In this document: piece after piece, positions 51,206-61,060 of the stretch
Position numbering within the stretch: the stretch's first letter is position 1
How the letters are laid out: every line of letters begins with the position of its first letter
Assembly: GCA_965205975.1 (NCBI GenBank)
Contig: OZ242195.1
Coordinates: forward strand, 1,888,001-1,952,000
From: Candidatus Latescibacterota bacterium
GTDB taxonomy: Bacteria; Latescibacterota; UBA2968
Length of the DNA stretch: 64,000 nt
Reading direction: 5' to 3'
Position numbers and translations under genes: made by a program
The notes under the pieces: model-generated
What the model was told of the DNA's origin: nothing
What the model saw: the letters and a program-made list of their open reading frames with translations, nothing else
Database searches by the model: none

Positions 51206-51871
51206 CTAAATCCTCCCGCTGACCCACTGAATACCCCGCACTAACACCGACTGAAAATTTCCATCCTTCCACGTCTGATTGTCGTGCCCGCTTTGGAAGC
51301 AAAACACCCGCGTACCATTGTATTGCCGCGTCCAGCCAATCGACTTCATACACGCCGGGTGATCTGTCGTCAACAGCAAATGGCTATCCGAATCCGGCTC
51401 GTCCATCAGGTATGTCTCATCGATCATCTCCCAATCGGATATCCCTCGCGTAATCGGATGATCCCCATCCTCTACCGCAATCCGCATCACCTCGTCGTGG
51501 CTGAACGATTCAAACGACCCCGCCACAACACCGGCCATCTGAACCCAGGGATCCCAATTTGGAAATGCCAAAATCGCGTGGTGCAACAACACCATACCCT
51601 TACCCGTCGCCAGCCAGGACGCCAGCGCGCTTAGAGGTCGCCCCATCCACCCGGGGCGGTTCTCATCTGTCGGACCTTCCTTGTGCATATTGTAAAACAC
51701 AACCGCATCGTAAAAATCGCGCTCCTCTGCTCGTGGCGATGCAAAATCCTCCAGAGACTGAATATAGGCATCCACGCCTTCTATCTTGCGAAACAACCCG
51801 TGAAAATTCGGCACATCAAAACGGTGGCCGCCGGTCACCACCGCAACCTTAATAGAATCGTCCATAAGCAT
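51206..51871 (-). CDS. ThuA domain protein
   Basis: 'VTGGH', 'G...LHH', 'HPITRG...DE.Y', 'RVF....GH'. Confidence 0.85.
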   Translation of the reverse strand: MLMDDSIKVAVVTGGHRFDVPNFHGLFRKIEGVDAYIQSLEDFASPRAEERDFYDAVVFYNMHKEGPTDENRPGWMGRPLSALASWLATGKGMVLLHHAILAFPNWDPWVQMAGVVAGSFESFSHDEVMRIAVEDGDHPITRGISDWEMIDETYLMDEPDSDSHLLLTTDHPACMKSIGWTRQYNGTRVFCFQSGHDNQTWKDGNFQSVLVRGIQWVSGRI

Positions 51872-51888
51872 ATCTCCCTTAAAATAAT

Positions 51889-53337
51889 CTACCGACCTCG
51901 ATTAGTCTCCCAAACCGACCTTTCCTGCCACGGCTCAAAATCTGGATTCTCCTCGGGCATTTTGGCTTCGATCTCCTCCTGCCACGTCTTCAGAAGCTCG
52001 TGCAACCGATCTCGCACATCGGGCAATTCATCTGCCAGATCATTCTCCTCGCCGATATCCTCTCGCAAATTGTACAACTCGGCATGCCCGGATTCAAAAA
52101 ATTCGATCAGCTTATAATCCCCCGCTCGAACAGAAGATCCAGGTGTCCCTCCCTGATTGCCATAATGTGGGAAATGCCAGAAAATCGCATCGCGCGCCAG
52201 GTTACCCCCCTTTAGCAAAGGCACGATACTCACCCCATCGCAATGCTGTTCGGGAATCAGATCCAGACCTGCCATTTCCAGTATCGTCGGATAATAATCT
52301 GTACTCGTCACCGGAACATCGCAAACAGACCCTACCGGTGTCACACCGGGCCATTTGACAATCAGCGGCTCTCGCGTTCCGCCTTCATACATCCAGCCCT
52401 TGCCCTCGGCGAGCGGCGCATTGCACGTCGGCGAACCTTCACTCGTCGCTAGCCCACCATTATCTGAGGTAAACATAATCGCGGTATTATCGGCAATACC
52501 CGCTGCTTCCAGCGCGTCCAAAATGCGCCCCACACTCTCATCCATGCTCTCGATCATCGCGGCGTACACCGGATCGGATTGCACCGTCCGCCGCGTAATG
52601 CGCCTGTCCTTTTTGTGTGCCCCCGGGAAAAAATCACCCTCTTCAAACGGTTCAATTTTATCCAGCCCCATTGCTCTTGCCTTCTCTTCGTACTTCTCGA
52701 TCTTTTCTCGCTTCGCCTGAATGGGCGTATGCACCGTATAATACCACAAATTCAAGAAAAACGGACGATCGTCGCGGTTCTCGATCAAATCTATAACCCG
52801 ATCCGTCAAATAATCCGTCAAATACGTACCGTCTGGTACATCGACATCGTCCAGCACCGGAATCGTCCATGGGCTAAAATAACCCCCTCGTCCGGGAGAC
52901 CCGTGTTCGCATCCGCCCACATTCACCTCAAACCCGTGTTCATCGGGATAAAATCCAGGTCCACCCAAATGCCATTTGCCAACATGCCAGGTCGCATACC
53001 CCCCGTCCTTCATCGCCTGTGCAACCGTGCGCTCTTCATGGGGCAAGTACCTGAAATAGGGCACATCGATCAATTTGCCGCGATTGGGATGATTTCTCCC
53101 GGCCCAATCGATAAAATTCGTCACCCCAACCCGCGCGGGATATTTGCCACTCATCACACTCGCGCGCGTTGGCGAACACACCGGACACGACGCGTACGCA
53201 TCCGTAAATTTCATCCCCTCGGCGCACAGCCGATCCAAATTGGGCGTCTCGTAAAATTCACTTCCGTAACACGTCGTATCTGCCCACCCGTAATCGTCTA
53301 ACAAAACAAAAATAATATTGGGTTTGCCCATTTCCAT
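51889..53337 (-). CDS. Sulfatase (formylglycine-dependent)
   Basis: 'PNIIF..LDD.G', CSPTRAS (CxPxR), 'GKWHLG', 'SDNGG'. Confidence 0.95.
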   Translation of the reverse strand: MEMGKPNIIFVLLDDYGWADTTCYGSEFYETPNLDRLCAEGMKFTDAYASCPVCSPTRASVMSGKYPARVGVTNFIDWAGRNHPNRGKLIDVPYFRYLPHEERTVAQAMKDGGYATWHVGKWHLGGPGFYPDEHGFEVNVGGCEHGSPGRGGYFSPWTIPVLDDVDVPDGTYLTDYLTDRVIDLIENRDDRPFFLNLWYYTVHTPIQAKREKIEKYEEKARAMGLDKIEPFEEGDFFPGAHKKDRRITRRTVQSDPVYAAMIESMDESVGRILDALEAAGIADNTAIMFTSDNGGLATSEGSPTCNAPLAEGKGWMYEGGTREPLIVKWPGVTPVGSVCDVPVTSTDYYPTILEMAGLDLIPEQHCDGVSIVPLLKGGNLARDAIFWHFPHYGNQGGTPGSSVRAGDYKLIEFFESGHAELYNLREDIGEENDLADELPDVRDRLHELLKTWQEEIEAKMPEENPDFEPWQERSVWETNRGR

Positions 53338-54329
53338 TATATCTCCACATCCACACTCTTGCCAGAAGCTCCCGACTCGCGCGCAGCGTGTAACACCTGC
53401 ATCACCCGCAAACCGTGTTCAGCGGTAATAATCAACTCCTCGCCCTCGCGCAAATGCCGCGCAATATTTGCGTGCAGATTTTCTCGCGGTATCGCATCGG
53501 TGCGCACTTCCTCAGAATCTTCCCCGTAAACCGTAACCTCATTACCTCCCCCACGCGCGCACACAAGCGTGGCCTCCGTGCCCAGAACGATCCATTTATA
53601 CGGCAGAGAATAAAAAGAAATATCCGCCTTGGCAGCGCGCGCGCGCACCCCATTGTCAAACACCATCACAATATCGAACAAATCGTCCGAATCGCCCCAC
53701 TTCGTATGCCGCACATCGGCAAATACTGACACCACCTTGTGACCTGACATCAAATCGATAATCTGCTCGACCCAGTGCGGTCCAAAATCCAACAAAGTTC
53801 CCCCACCCGCCGCAGCCGTCACGCGCCATTGCTGATTGTAATCGGGCACGCCAAAACCCACAGCGGGACGTGCTCCCATCGTGCGATTCTCAAGCGCAAC
53901 AATCTCGCCAACCGCACCATCTAAAACCGCGTGCTTAACCAGACAATAATCGCGATCGTAATGCCGATTGTGGTGCATCGTCAATACCACGCCATTCTCT
54001 CTGGCCGCCTGCACCATTTCCTCAGCCTCTGGCCCGGTCAGTGACATCGGCTTTTCAATCAGCATGTGTTTCTTCGCCGCCGCCACCTTGAGTGCATCCG
54101 CATAATGCGCTGCCGAATGCGTCGCGATCAAAACCAACTCGATATCCCAACCGAGAAATTCATCGAGATTATCGGTCGCGCGCATGCCCTCGGCAACCGC
54201 CTCTTCCCGCCTGGATTCCGTAATATCGCACACACCCACCACATCGTACAATCCCGTCTCGCGCATCGTTCTCAGATGGCCGCCAGCCACCCGCCCAAAT
54301 CCAATAATACCCGCCTTGATCTTTTCCAT
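53337..54329 (-). CDS. Gfo/Idh/MocA family oxidoreductase
   Basis: 'GIIGFG', 'EKP', 'GGG.LLDFGPH'. Confidence 0.9.
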   Translation of the reverse strand: MEKIKAGIIGFGRVAGGHLRTMRETGLYDVVGVCDITESRREEAVAEGMRATDNLDEFLGWDIELVLIATHSAAHYADALKVAAAKKHMLIEKPMSLTGPEAEEMVQAARENGVVLTMHHNRHYDRDYCLVKHAVLDGAVGEIVALENRTMGARPAVGFGVPDYNQQWRVTAAAGGGTLLDFGPHWVEQIIDLMSGHKVVSVFADVRHTKWGDSDDLFDIVMVFDNGVRARAAKADISFYSLPYKWIVLGTEATLVCARGGGNEVTVYGEDSEEVRTDAIPRENLHANIARHLREGEELIITAEHGLRVMQVLHAARESGASGKSVDVEI

Positions 54330-55055
54330 TTATTTTTCCTCATCATCTCCGTATTCTTCACCGCGATAAGCCGCACGCAACTCGGCGATATTGGTCACCT
54401 TCTTAACGCGTTCTTGAAGTGCCTCTTCCCCTGCGATCAGTTCCTTCACATTCGCCAGCACCTCCGCCATCCGATCTGCGGGAAATTTAACCGCGCCATT
54501 TTCATCCATGTGAATAATCTCGCCAGGCGCAACATCCATGCCGCAAATCGACACTGGCACATTCACCGCCTGCACAGCTTGGTCGCCATGGCCCGGCGAT
54601 ATACCCGTCAACAAATACTGAAACGCCATCGGGCGGATTTCATCGATATCCCTCGACGGTCCATTTGACACGCATCCCACGCACCCGAGTGCTTTCATCG
54701 TCGTTGTCATATTGCCGCCCGCAAGCCCTACCTTACCCGCAATCTCCGGCGGAAACTTCTGCTCCAGCGCCAGTACCGTCGGCTTTGGCGACGCATCCAG
54801 CGCTTCTGCCACATCCATAAATGACAACCGACTAAACCCAGCATCTGGCAACGCAAAAGTACACGTCACAGCATACCCACACCGCGCGCCGAGTTCTGGA
54901 TACATACACTTAATCGTCTGATCCGTGTACCAGTTTTCAAGCCACGGATTATAAAGCCCCAAACACAACGGATTATTCGGATACGTCGCCACCACATTTG
55001 TAATAGACGGCGTATCGAAATTCTCCAACTCCTTCAAAATCTCCTGTTCTGTCAT
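54330..55055 (-). CDS. RraA / HMG-aldolase-like family protein
   Basis: 'GYAVT', 'G...NG..RDIDE', 'V.PG..IH.D.NG'. Confidence 0.8.
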   Translation of the reverse strand: MTEQEILKELENFDTPSITNVVATYPNNPLCLGLYNPWLENWYTDQTIKCMYPELGARCGYAVTCTFALPDAGFSRLSFMDVAEALDASPKPTVLALEQKFPPEIAGKVGLAGGNMTTTMKALGCVGCVSNGPSRDIDEIRPMAFQYLLTGISPGHGDQAVQAVNVPVSICGMDVAPGEIIHMDENGAVKFPADRMAEVLANVKELIAGEEALQERVKKVTNIAELRAAYRGEEYGDDEEK

Positions 55056-55106
55056 GGTATTCTCCTTAAAAGTTGATCCTACCTGTTAGCCTTTTACTCT
55101 ATTTTT

Positions 55107-55134
55107 ATCGGTGTTTATCTGTGTTCATCTGTGG
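55107..55134. repeat. ATCTGYGT 10-bp-period short repeat (copy 3)
   Basis: atcggtgtttatctgtgttcatctgtgg, overlapping the AKR stop. Confidence 0.55.
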
Positions 55135-56102
55135 TTGCTTTTCCCCACCTTCACCACATGCTCTTGATCCCAATCCTGGATCAACGGTTTCAGATCATCC
55201 CAAAACGCCTCGGGAATTTCAATACTGCCAGCTTCGGCATTTTGAATCGTCTCCGCTTTGTTTCGCCCCCCGCAAATCGCCGTCGCAATCAACGGATGCC
55301 TCGTACACCACTGCAGCGATGCAGCCACCAGTGGAATGCCATAATCGTCGCAAAGTGCTTTTATCCTCCCAACGCGATCCAAAACAGCCTGACTAAAATT
55401 GCGATTCACATAAGAATGCCCGGGCAAGGGTCCCGTCGCCAATAAACCGCGTTCCAGAGGTGTTGCAAGCGCAATCCCCACATTGTGTTTTTCAGCACCG
55501 GGAAAAATGAATGTATCCGCCGTGCGATTCAACAAACTCCAGGCATCGGGAACCACCGAAGCATCAAACTCGCCCGTATCAATATAGGGACCATTGGAAT
55601 CGGGATCATTCGCCGCAATACCGACAAAACGCACCACACTCTCATCCTGCAATTTTCGCAACGCCCCAAGCGCCCCATCTTTCGCCATCACCTGCTGCAT
55701 GGGAAAATCCATCGGATCGTGAATATACAACACGTCAAACGCATCCAGACCCAACCGCTCCTGACTGTCTTCCACCTGCTGCATCACCCCGTCGGAAGAG
55801 AAATCGTATTCATTTCCCGATCTTCCCACCTTTGTCGTCACCGTACACTTTTCAGCCAGGTCAGGGCGTTCGCGCAACGCACGACCAATAATCTTCTCAC
55901 TCACGGTATTCCCATAAAGAGGCGCTGTATCGACCAGCGTACACCCAGCCTCAATAGCAGCCACCACATTCTCTACACCCACATCTTCATCAACGCCCGA
56001 CGACAAACGACCATCTGCCCCCATCACACGAGCGAGAAATGCCGTGCCAAAACTGACGATTGGAACCTCCAACCCCGTTCTGCCCAATATCTTACTTTGC
56101 AT
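55125..56102 (-). CDS. Aldo/keto reductase
   Basis: 'LGRTGL', 'DTAPLYG', 'TTKVG', 'IHDP'. Confidence 0.9.
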   Translation of the reverse strand: MQSKILGRTGLEVPIVSFGTAFLARVMGADGRLSSGVDEDVGVENVVAAIEAGCTLVDTAPLYGNTVSEKIIGRALRERPDLAEKCTVTTKVGRSGNEYDFSSDGVMQQVEDSQERLGLDAFDVLYIHDPMDFPMQQVMAKDGALGALRKLQDESVVRFVGIAANDPDSNGPYIDTGEFDASVVPDAWSLLNRTADTFIFPGAEKHNVGIALATPLERGLLATGPLPGHSYVNRNFSQAVLDRVGRIKALCDDYGIPLVAASLQWCTRHPLIATAICGGRNKAETIQNAEAGSIEIPEAFWDDLKPLIQDWDQEHVVKVGKSNHR

Positions 56103-56118
56103 CACAAATCTCCTCAAG

Positions 56119-56148
56119 CGAATAGACGAATAGACGAATCTACGAAGA
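56119..56148. repeat. CGAATAGA octamer tandem repeat
   Basis: cgaatagacgaatagacgaatctacgaaga; related bits at 32174 and (inverted) 18985. Confidence 0.5.
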
Positions 56149-56204
56149 GGTTACAACTGCGCCAGCAGTTCATCTACGATCAGATTCTCAGAGAACGCTC
56201 ACGC

Positions 56205-56233
56205 ATAATAGACGACAGAACCCTGCGTGTCAA
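56205..56233 (-). promoter_or_regulatory. sigma70 promoter for the leftward AKR-RraA-sulfatase operon
   Basis: Minus strand TTGACA-17bp-TATTAT. Confidence 0.6.
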
Positions 56234-56314
56234 TGCGAAAAACTCCCCTGTGCTATGTCGTAAAATAAAAGTAGCGATCCCCGCCTGTTCGGACAAATGG
56301 TGATAAAAAGAATA

Positions 56315-56343
56315 TTGACAGCCTATTTGCAATCTGTTATACT
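56315..56343 (+). promoter_or_regulatory. Strong sigma70 promoter (extended -10) for a leaderless hsdM transcript
   Basis: TTGACA-17bp-TATACT with TGn extension; only 6 nt separate the -10 box from the ATG at 56350; no RBS. Confidence 0.75.
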
Positions 56344-56349
56344 GTAAAT

Positions 56350-58185
56350 ATGACAAACATAACAGAAATACACGACATTTCGGCTGTTTTGCGCGCCATT
56401 CGCGCCCATCTTGACCTGACACAGGAAGAACTCGCGAATCGACTCGGCGTTGCATTCGCCACTGTCAACCGCTGGGAAGGTGGCGTAACTAAGCCTCAGA
56501 AGGCAGCGCGAGAGGCCATCGTCGCACTCGCAGACGAGGCGGGAATCGACATGGCGGAAGTTGCCTCAGAACCAGTCGAAGCCGCAGCACAAGTGACGAG
56601 ACGACGGCGCGTTTCCAAAGCTCCTTCCACGAAAACCATGGAACAGATGCTATGGGACGCGGCCTGCTCCATCCGTGGCGAAAAGGACGCGGCCAGATTC
56701 AAGGATTATCTACTCCCCCTCCTCTTTCTCAAACGCCTATCCGATGTCTTTGACGACGAGATCGAGCGTCTCGCAGAGGAATACGGCGACCGCGCAATAG
56801 CCATAGAGATCGCTGAGTCCGACCACAGCTTGCTACGATTCTATCTGCCGGCAGAAGCACGATGGAGTGTCATCAATGGGCGCGAAAGTTACGAATGGCC
56901 TGATAACCAGGGGCGAAGCACACGCCCGAAGGACATTGGCGAGCACTTGACAAGATCTGTCCGCGCTATCGTACGGCATAATCCCTCGCTCTCCGGCGTC
57001 ATTGACCTTGAGGATTTCGCCTCTGAGCGCAACGGAGAACGCGATATCAACCCGGCGAAACTCACCGAGGTTGTCGAGACCTTCTCCGATCCGCGCTACC
57101 GCCTGGGGCTTGCTGACGTTCAGCCCGATTTCCTCGGCCGCGCCTACGAGTTTCTCCTGCGAAAATTTGCCGAAGGCTCTGGCCAAAGCGCGGGTGAATT
57201 TTTCACCCCAACCGAAGTCGGCCTTCTAATGGCGCACATCATGCGCCCGAGGCCCGGCGAAGAATGCCACGACTATGCCTGCGGTTCAGCTGGCCTACTC
57301 GTTAAGCTCCAACTCGTCGCCCGCGAACTCGACCCTACAAGTCGCGTGCCGCTCAAACTCTATGGACAGGAGCTACAGGCCGAAAGCTATGCGGTCGCCA
57401 AAATGAACGCCATCATCCACGACATGGAAGCGGAGATCGAGCGCGGCGATACAATGATCAATCCGAAGTTCAAAACCGCAGACAGCAAAATCCGTACTTA
57501 TGACATCGTCGTCGCCAATCCAATGTGGAATCAACCATTCAACCCGGACATCTTTATCGACGATCCCTTCGACCGCTTCCGCACTCAGGGCGGCGTCACC
57601 ACCGGCAAAGGCGACTGGGCCTGGCTTCAGCACACACTCACATGCTTGAGCGAGCGTGGACGTGCGGCAGTGGTACTCGACACCGGCGCAGTGACGCGCG
57701 GATCTGGCTCCAGAAATGAGGACAGAGAACGCAACATCCGCAAGTGGTTCGTTGAACATGACTTGATTGACGGCATAATACTCCTACCGGACAACCTCTT
57801 CTACAACACCAGCACCGCTGGCGTGATCATCGTCCTCTCAAAGCGCAAGCCTGCCTCACGAAAGAACAAAATCGTGCTCCTCAACGCCAGCCAGCGCGTG
57901 CGTAAGGGCCGTCCGAAAAACTATATCCCGGAAGAAGACCTGCGCCCACTCGCAGCCGCCTATCTCAAAGGCGAACCAGTTGAAGGCGAGGTCGCAGTCA
58001 TCACGCGGGAGCAAGTAGAGGAAGCAGACTACAACCTCAGCCCGAGCCGGTGGGCAGGGCAGACGGACGCCTTTGACCACCGGCCTATCTCAGAGATTAT
58101 TGCAGATTTGAACAAACTGAATGAAGAAGCCCGTGAGATTGACGGGCATTTGGCAGATATACTCGCACAATTGCAAGAAAAATGA
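56350..58185 (+). CDS. hsdM: Type I R-M methyltransferase subunit with N-terminal XRE HTH
   Basis: '[21 protein letters not shown]' HTH; '[10 protein letters not shown]', '[11 protein letters not shown]', 'GEFFTP', motif I 'DYACGS', motif IV 'NPMW'. Confidence 0.92.
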   Translation: MTNITEIHDISAVLRAIRAHLDLTQEELANRLGVAFATVNRWEGGVTKPQKAAREAIVALADEAGIDMAEVASEPVEAAAQVTRRRRVSKAPSTKTMEQMLWDAACSIRGEKDAARFKDYLLPLLFLKRLSDVFDDEIERLAEEYGDRAIAIEIAESDHSLLRFYLPAEARWSVINGRESYEWPDNQGRSTRPKDIGEHLTRSVRAIVRHNPSLSGVIDLEDFASERNGERDINPAKLTEVVETFSDPRYRLGLADVQPDFLGRAYEFLLRKFAEGSGQSAGEFFTPTEVGLLMAHIMRPRPGEECHDYACGSAGLLVKLQLVARELDPTSRVPLKLYGQELQAESYAVAKMNAIIHDMEAEIERGDTMINPKFKTADSKIRTYDIVVANPMWNQPFNPDIFIDDPFDRFRTQGGVTTGKGDWAWLQHTLTCLSERGRAAVVLDTGAVTRGSGSRNEDRERNIRKWFVEHDLIDGIILLPDNLFYNTSTAGVIIVLSKRKPASRKNKIVLLNASQRVRKGRPKNYIPEEDLRPLAAAYLKGEPVEGEVAVITREQVEEADYNLSPSRWAGQTDAFDHRPISEIIADLNKLNEEAREIDGHLADILAQLQEK

Positions 58186-58210
58186 ACCTCGAAAAAGAAA
58201 GGAGAAAAAC

Positions 58211-58588
58211 ATGGGCGCAACACACGTCACAGTCAGGATTACAAACCCGGCGGATCCGGACAGGTTTTGGGAAGGGCTTTTTCTGGTGGATACAGGGGCA
58301 ACCGATTCCCTGGTGCCCAGACCTTACCTGGAAGCCATCGGCCTCAAACCCGAAGGAAAACGCGTGTATGAACTGGCCGACGGCAGCGAGATCGCAGTGG
58401 ATGTCGCCGTCGCCAAAATTGAGTTCATGGGCGAGTTCGTCGGGGGGACGATCATATTCGGCGAGGCCGACGCGGAGCCGTTGTTGGGCGTGACTGCGCT
58501 GGAATCCGTCGGTATAGAAGTAGATCCGTTGAATCAGCAGTTGAAGAGGTTGCCAGCCGTGCGGCTGAAAAGAATGGCGGATCTGTAA
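58211..58588 (+). CDS. Clan AA (retropepsin-like) aspartic protease, AF_0612-like
   Basis: 'FLVDTGA', 'LADG', 'LLGVTALE'; AAGGAG RBS; TAATG-coupled to hsdS. Confidence 0.85.
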   Translation: MGATHVTVRITNPADPDRFWEGLFLVDTGATDSLVPRPYLEAIGLKPEGKRVYELADGSEIAVDVAVAKIEFMGEFVGGTIIFGEADAEPLLGVTALESVGIEVDPLNQQLKRLPAVRLKRMADL

Positions 58589-59880
58589 TGAACGAAGCGT
58601 GGACCTGGCATCCCCTTGGAGAACTGTTCGAGATCGGCGCGGGAAAAAGCATGTCTGCCGCCGCCCGCAACGGTCCTGACAAGACACCATTCCTTCGAAC
58701 CTCAAATGTCTTTTGGGACCAGATTGACCTTTCTACTGTCGATGAGATGGCGATTCCCGAGCACGAGTTATCCAAAAAACTTCTGCAACCCGGCGATCTG
58801 CTGGTTTGCGAGGGAGGCGAGATTGGACGTGCGGCAATCTGGAATGGCGAAGTCAAAATAATGTCGTTCCAGAACCATTTACATCGACTACGGCCTATTG
58901 TTGAAGAGGTCGAGCCGCGCTTCTACGTGTATTTCCTACAATCCGCCTTTACCCAACTTGGCATCTTTGAGGGCGCGGGTAATAAAACGACGATACCAAA
59001 CCTGTCACGCAGTCGGTTAGCAGGACTTGAGGTACCGCAACCAAATATCAATGAGCAACTGGCAATAGTCGCCGCGCTTTCGCGGATCCGGGAAGCTATC
59101 AAAACACATGATCAGAGCGTCGCGCTTGCACAGGATTTGAAACGCACCGCGATGCAGATGCTCTTCACACGCGGTCTGCGAGGCGAAGTGCAAAAGGAAA
59201 CTGAAATCGGCTCGATGCCGGAGAGTTGGGAACTCATCCCCGTTGCGAATATAGCAACGGTAAAAGGTGGGAAACGGATGCCAAAAGGCGTTTCGCTAAC
59301 TGACGAGAATACGGGAAAGCCATATATTCGTGTGACCGACTTTCAGGACCATAGTGTGGCAGTAGATCAGGTGCTTTTCGTACCGAAGGGTTATGAAGAC
59401 GTGATTGCCCGCTATGTTATCTCTAGCGATGACATCTACATTTCAATTGCAGGAACAATTGGGCTTGTTGGGCAAGTTCCTGAAAGTCTCGATGGCGCCA
59501 ACTTGACAGAGAACGCTGCTAAAATCTGTTTGACCGATCCGAATGTCGATGCACGTTTCCTGATGTATGCCCTCTCTTCTCACGCCTGCCAGACTCAGAT
59601 TTTGGAGGCAACAGGGCGAAATGCACAGCCTAAATTGGCGTTAAATCGAATAGAACAAATAAAGTTACCGATTCCGAAAAATCTCAATGATCAACGAGAA
59701 GTCACTTCTATCCTCGACGCCATTGACCGCAAGATTGACCTGCATCAAAGAAAACGTGCTGTGCTTGACGACCTGTTCAAAGCACTGTTGCATAAGTTGA
59801 TGACGGGTGAGATACGAGTTGGAGATCTTAATTTATCAATAATTGGTAGCTCTCGGTCTCGGGACTGCCGACAGGAGTAA
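58588..59880 (+). CDS. hsdS: Type I R-M specificity subunit
   Basis: Two TRDs; 'EQLAIV', central 'LFTRGLRGE..KETEIG.MPESW', C-terminal 'KALLHKLMTGEIRV'. Confidence 0.92.
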   Translation: MNEAWTWHPLGELFEIGAGKSMSAAARNGPDKTPFLRTSNVFWDQIDLSTVDEMAIPEHELSKKLLQPGDLLVCEGGEIGRAAIWNGEVKIMSFQNHLHRLRPIVEEVEPRFYVYFLQSAFTQLGIFEGAGNKTTIPNLSRSRLAGLEVPQPNINEQLAIVAALSRIREAIKTHDQSVALAQDLKRTAMQMLFTRGLRGEVQKETEIGSMPESWELIPVANIATVKGGKRMPKGVSLTDENTGKPYIRVTDFQDHSVAVDQVLFVPKGYEDVIARYVISSDDIYISIAGTIGLVGQVPESLDGANLTENAAKICLTDPNVDARFLMYALSSHACQTQILEATGRNAQPKLALNRIEQIKLPIPKNLNDQREVTSILDAIDRKIDLHQRKRAVLDDLFKALLHKLMTGEIRVGDLNLSIIGSSRSRDCRQE

Positions 59881-59887
59881 ATTGAAT

Positions 59888-61060
59888 ATGGAAGCCACAG
59901 CACCTTTCGCGCTCCATATAGTCTGGCATCCAAACCATGACATAGGTAGAGTAGTCGCGAATCGACTATTTGAGCACTTCGGTGCTAAACACAATCAGAG
60001 GCTGGTGGGAGATACGGGCGTACGCGTAGTCTATCGCCAAGCCATTGCGCCAGATGCTCTGGTTCCTTTGCCAATCGACTGGCAGAGTGGGAATGTTACC
60101 GCCGTAGTGATTCTCGTCGATAATGAGTTGGCGAGTGACCCTGCGTGGACAGAGTATGCTCGTGAAATCGCAAGAGAAGCCGACATGAAGGGGTTTAGTG
60201 CTGGCATTTTTCCTGTAGTGATGGAATCAGGGATCCTTGATAACATTGACCTTACAGAGCAGGCACTACGCTGGGACAGTTGGGATGGGGAATATAGAGA
60301 ACGCGAACAACGGCTCCTCAGAGACCTCACGTACGAATTTATCAGGATGCTCAGGCATTATTTGACTCAGCTTCGACATCCGAATGAAGGCGTAGCTGAT
60401 CTCGAATCTTACTTACAGAACGTCCAAGTCTTTCTCAGTCACTCTAAGCACGATGACCAAGGAGAATCTATTGCCAGAGAAGTCCGCGATTGGCTCCACC
60501 ATAACAGTGCATTGGCAAGTTTCTTGGACATTCAAGACATACCAGCCGGGCTACCCTTCCGGGAAGTTTTACTGTATCATATTGAAAACAGTATTCTCGT
60601 GGTAGTGTACACGAACTCCTATTCGTCACGTGAATGGTGTCGGCGAGAGGTCATCGAGGGCAAGAAACAACAGGTCCCGATGATTGTTTTTGACTGCTTG
60701 CATGGCATCGATCCAAGAAGTATTCCTTATATGGGCAACGTACCATTCGTGCGGATGGACTCGGATCAAGGAGATCAGGTCGGGACGGTTATCGGATGCC
60801 TGCTTGACGAAGTTTTCTGGACCTACATCTGGTTCTGTAGCGTCGAACGCTTTAGGACAGAGCACCCCGATGTACTGTTCATAGCTAGGCCTCCCGAGCT
60901 AATCGCGCTGGCGACGCTACCGGATCACCAGAGTGAAGCCGGTTCAACAATCGTGTATCCAGATCCGCCATTGATTACTGACGAAGTTCAGTTATTTTTA
61001 AAGGTTGCGCCGAAGGTACGTACCTATACACTATCCGAATGGATGGAGGAAGTACTATGA
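59888..61060 (+). CDS. TIR-domain protein with an extra N-terminal alpha/beta domain
   Basis: 'VFLSHSKHD...FLD...YSSREWCRREV' TIR with the catalytic Glu; C-terminal 'RPPE..YPDPPL'. Confidence 0.85.
   Translation: MEATAPFALHIVWHPNHDIGRVVANRLFEHFGAKHNQRLVGDTGVRVVYRQAIAPDALVPLPIDWQSGNVTAVVILVDNELASDPAWTEYAREIAREADMKGFSAGIFPVVMESGILDNIDLTEQALRWDSWDGEYREREQRLLRDLTYEFIRMLRHYLTQLRHPNEGVADLESYLQNVQVFLSHSKHDDQGESIAREVRDWLHHNSALASFLDIQDIPAGLPFREVLLYHIENSILVVVYTNSYSSREWCRREVIEGKKQQVPMIVFDCLHGIDPRSIPYMGNVPFVRMDSDQGDQVGTVIGCLLDEVFWTYIWFCSVERFRTEHPDVLFIARPPELIALATLPDHQSEAGSTIVYPDPPLITDEVQLFLKVAPKVRTYTLSEWMEEVL

Noticed and set aside
58588..59880. hsdS shufflon (invertible TRDs)
   Set aside because: Single hsdS; no silent TRDs, recombinase or inverted repeats seen.
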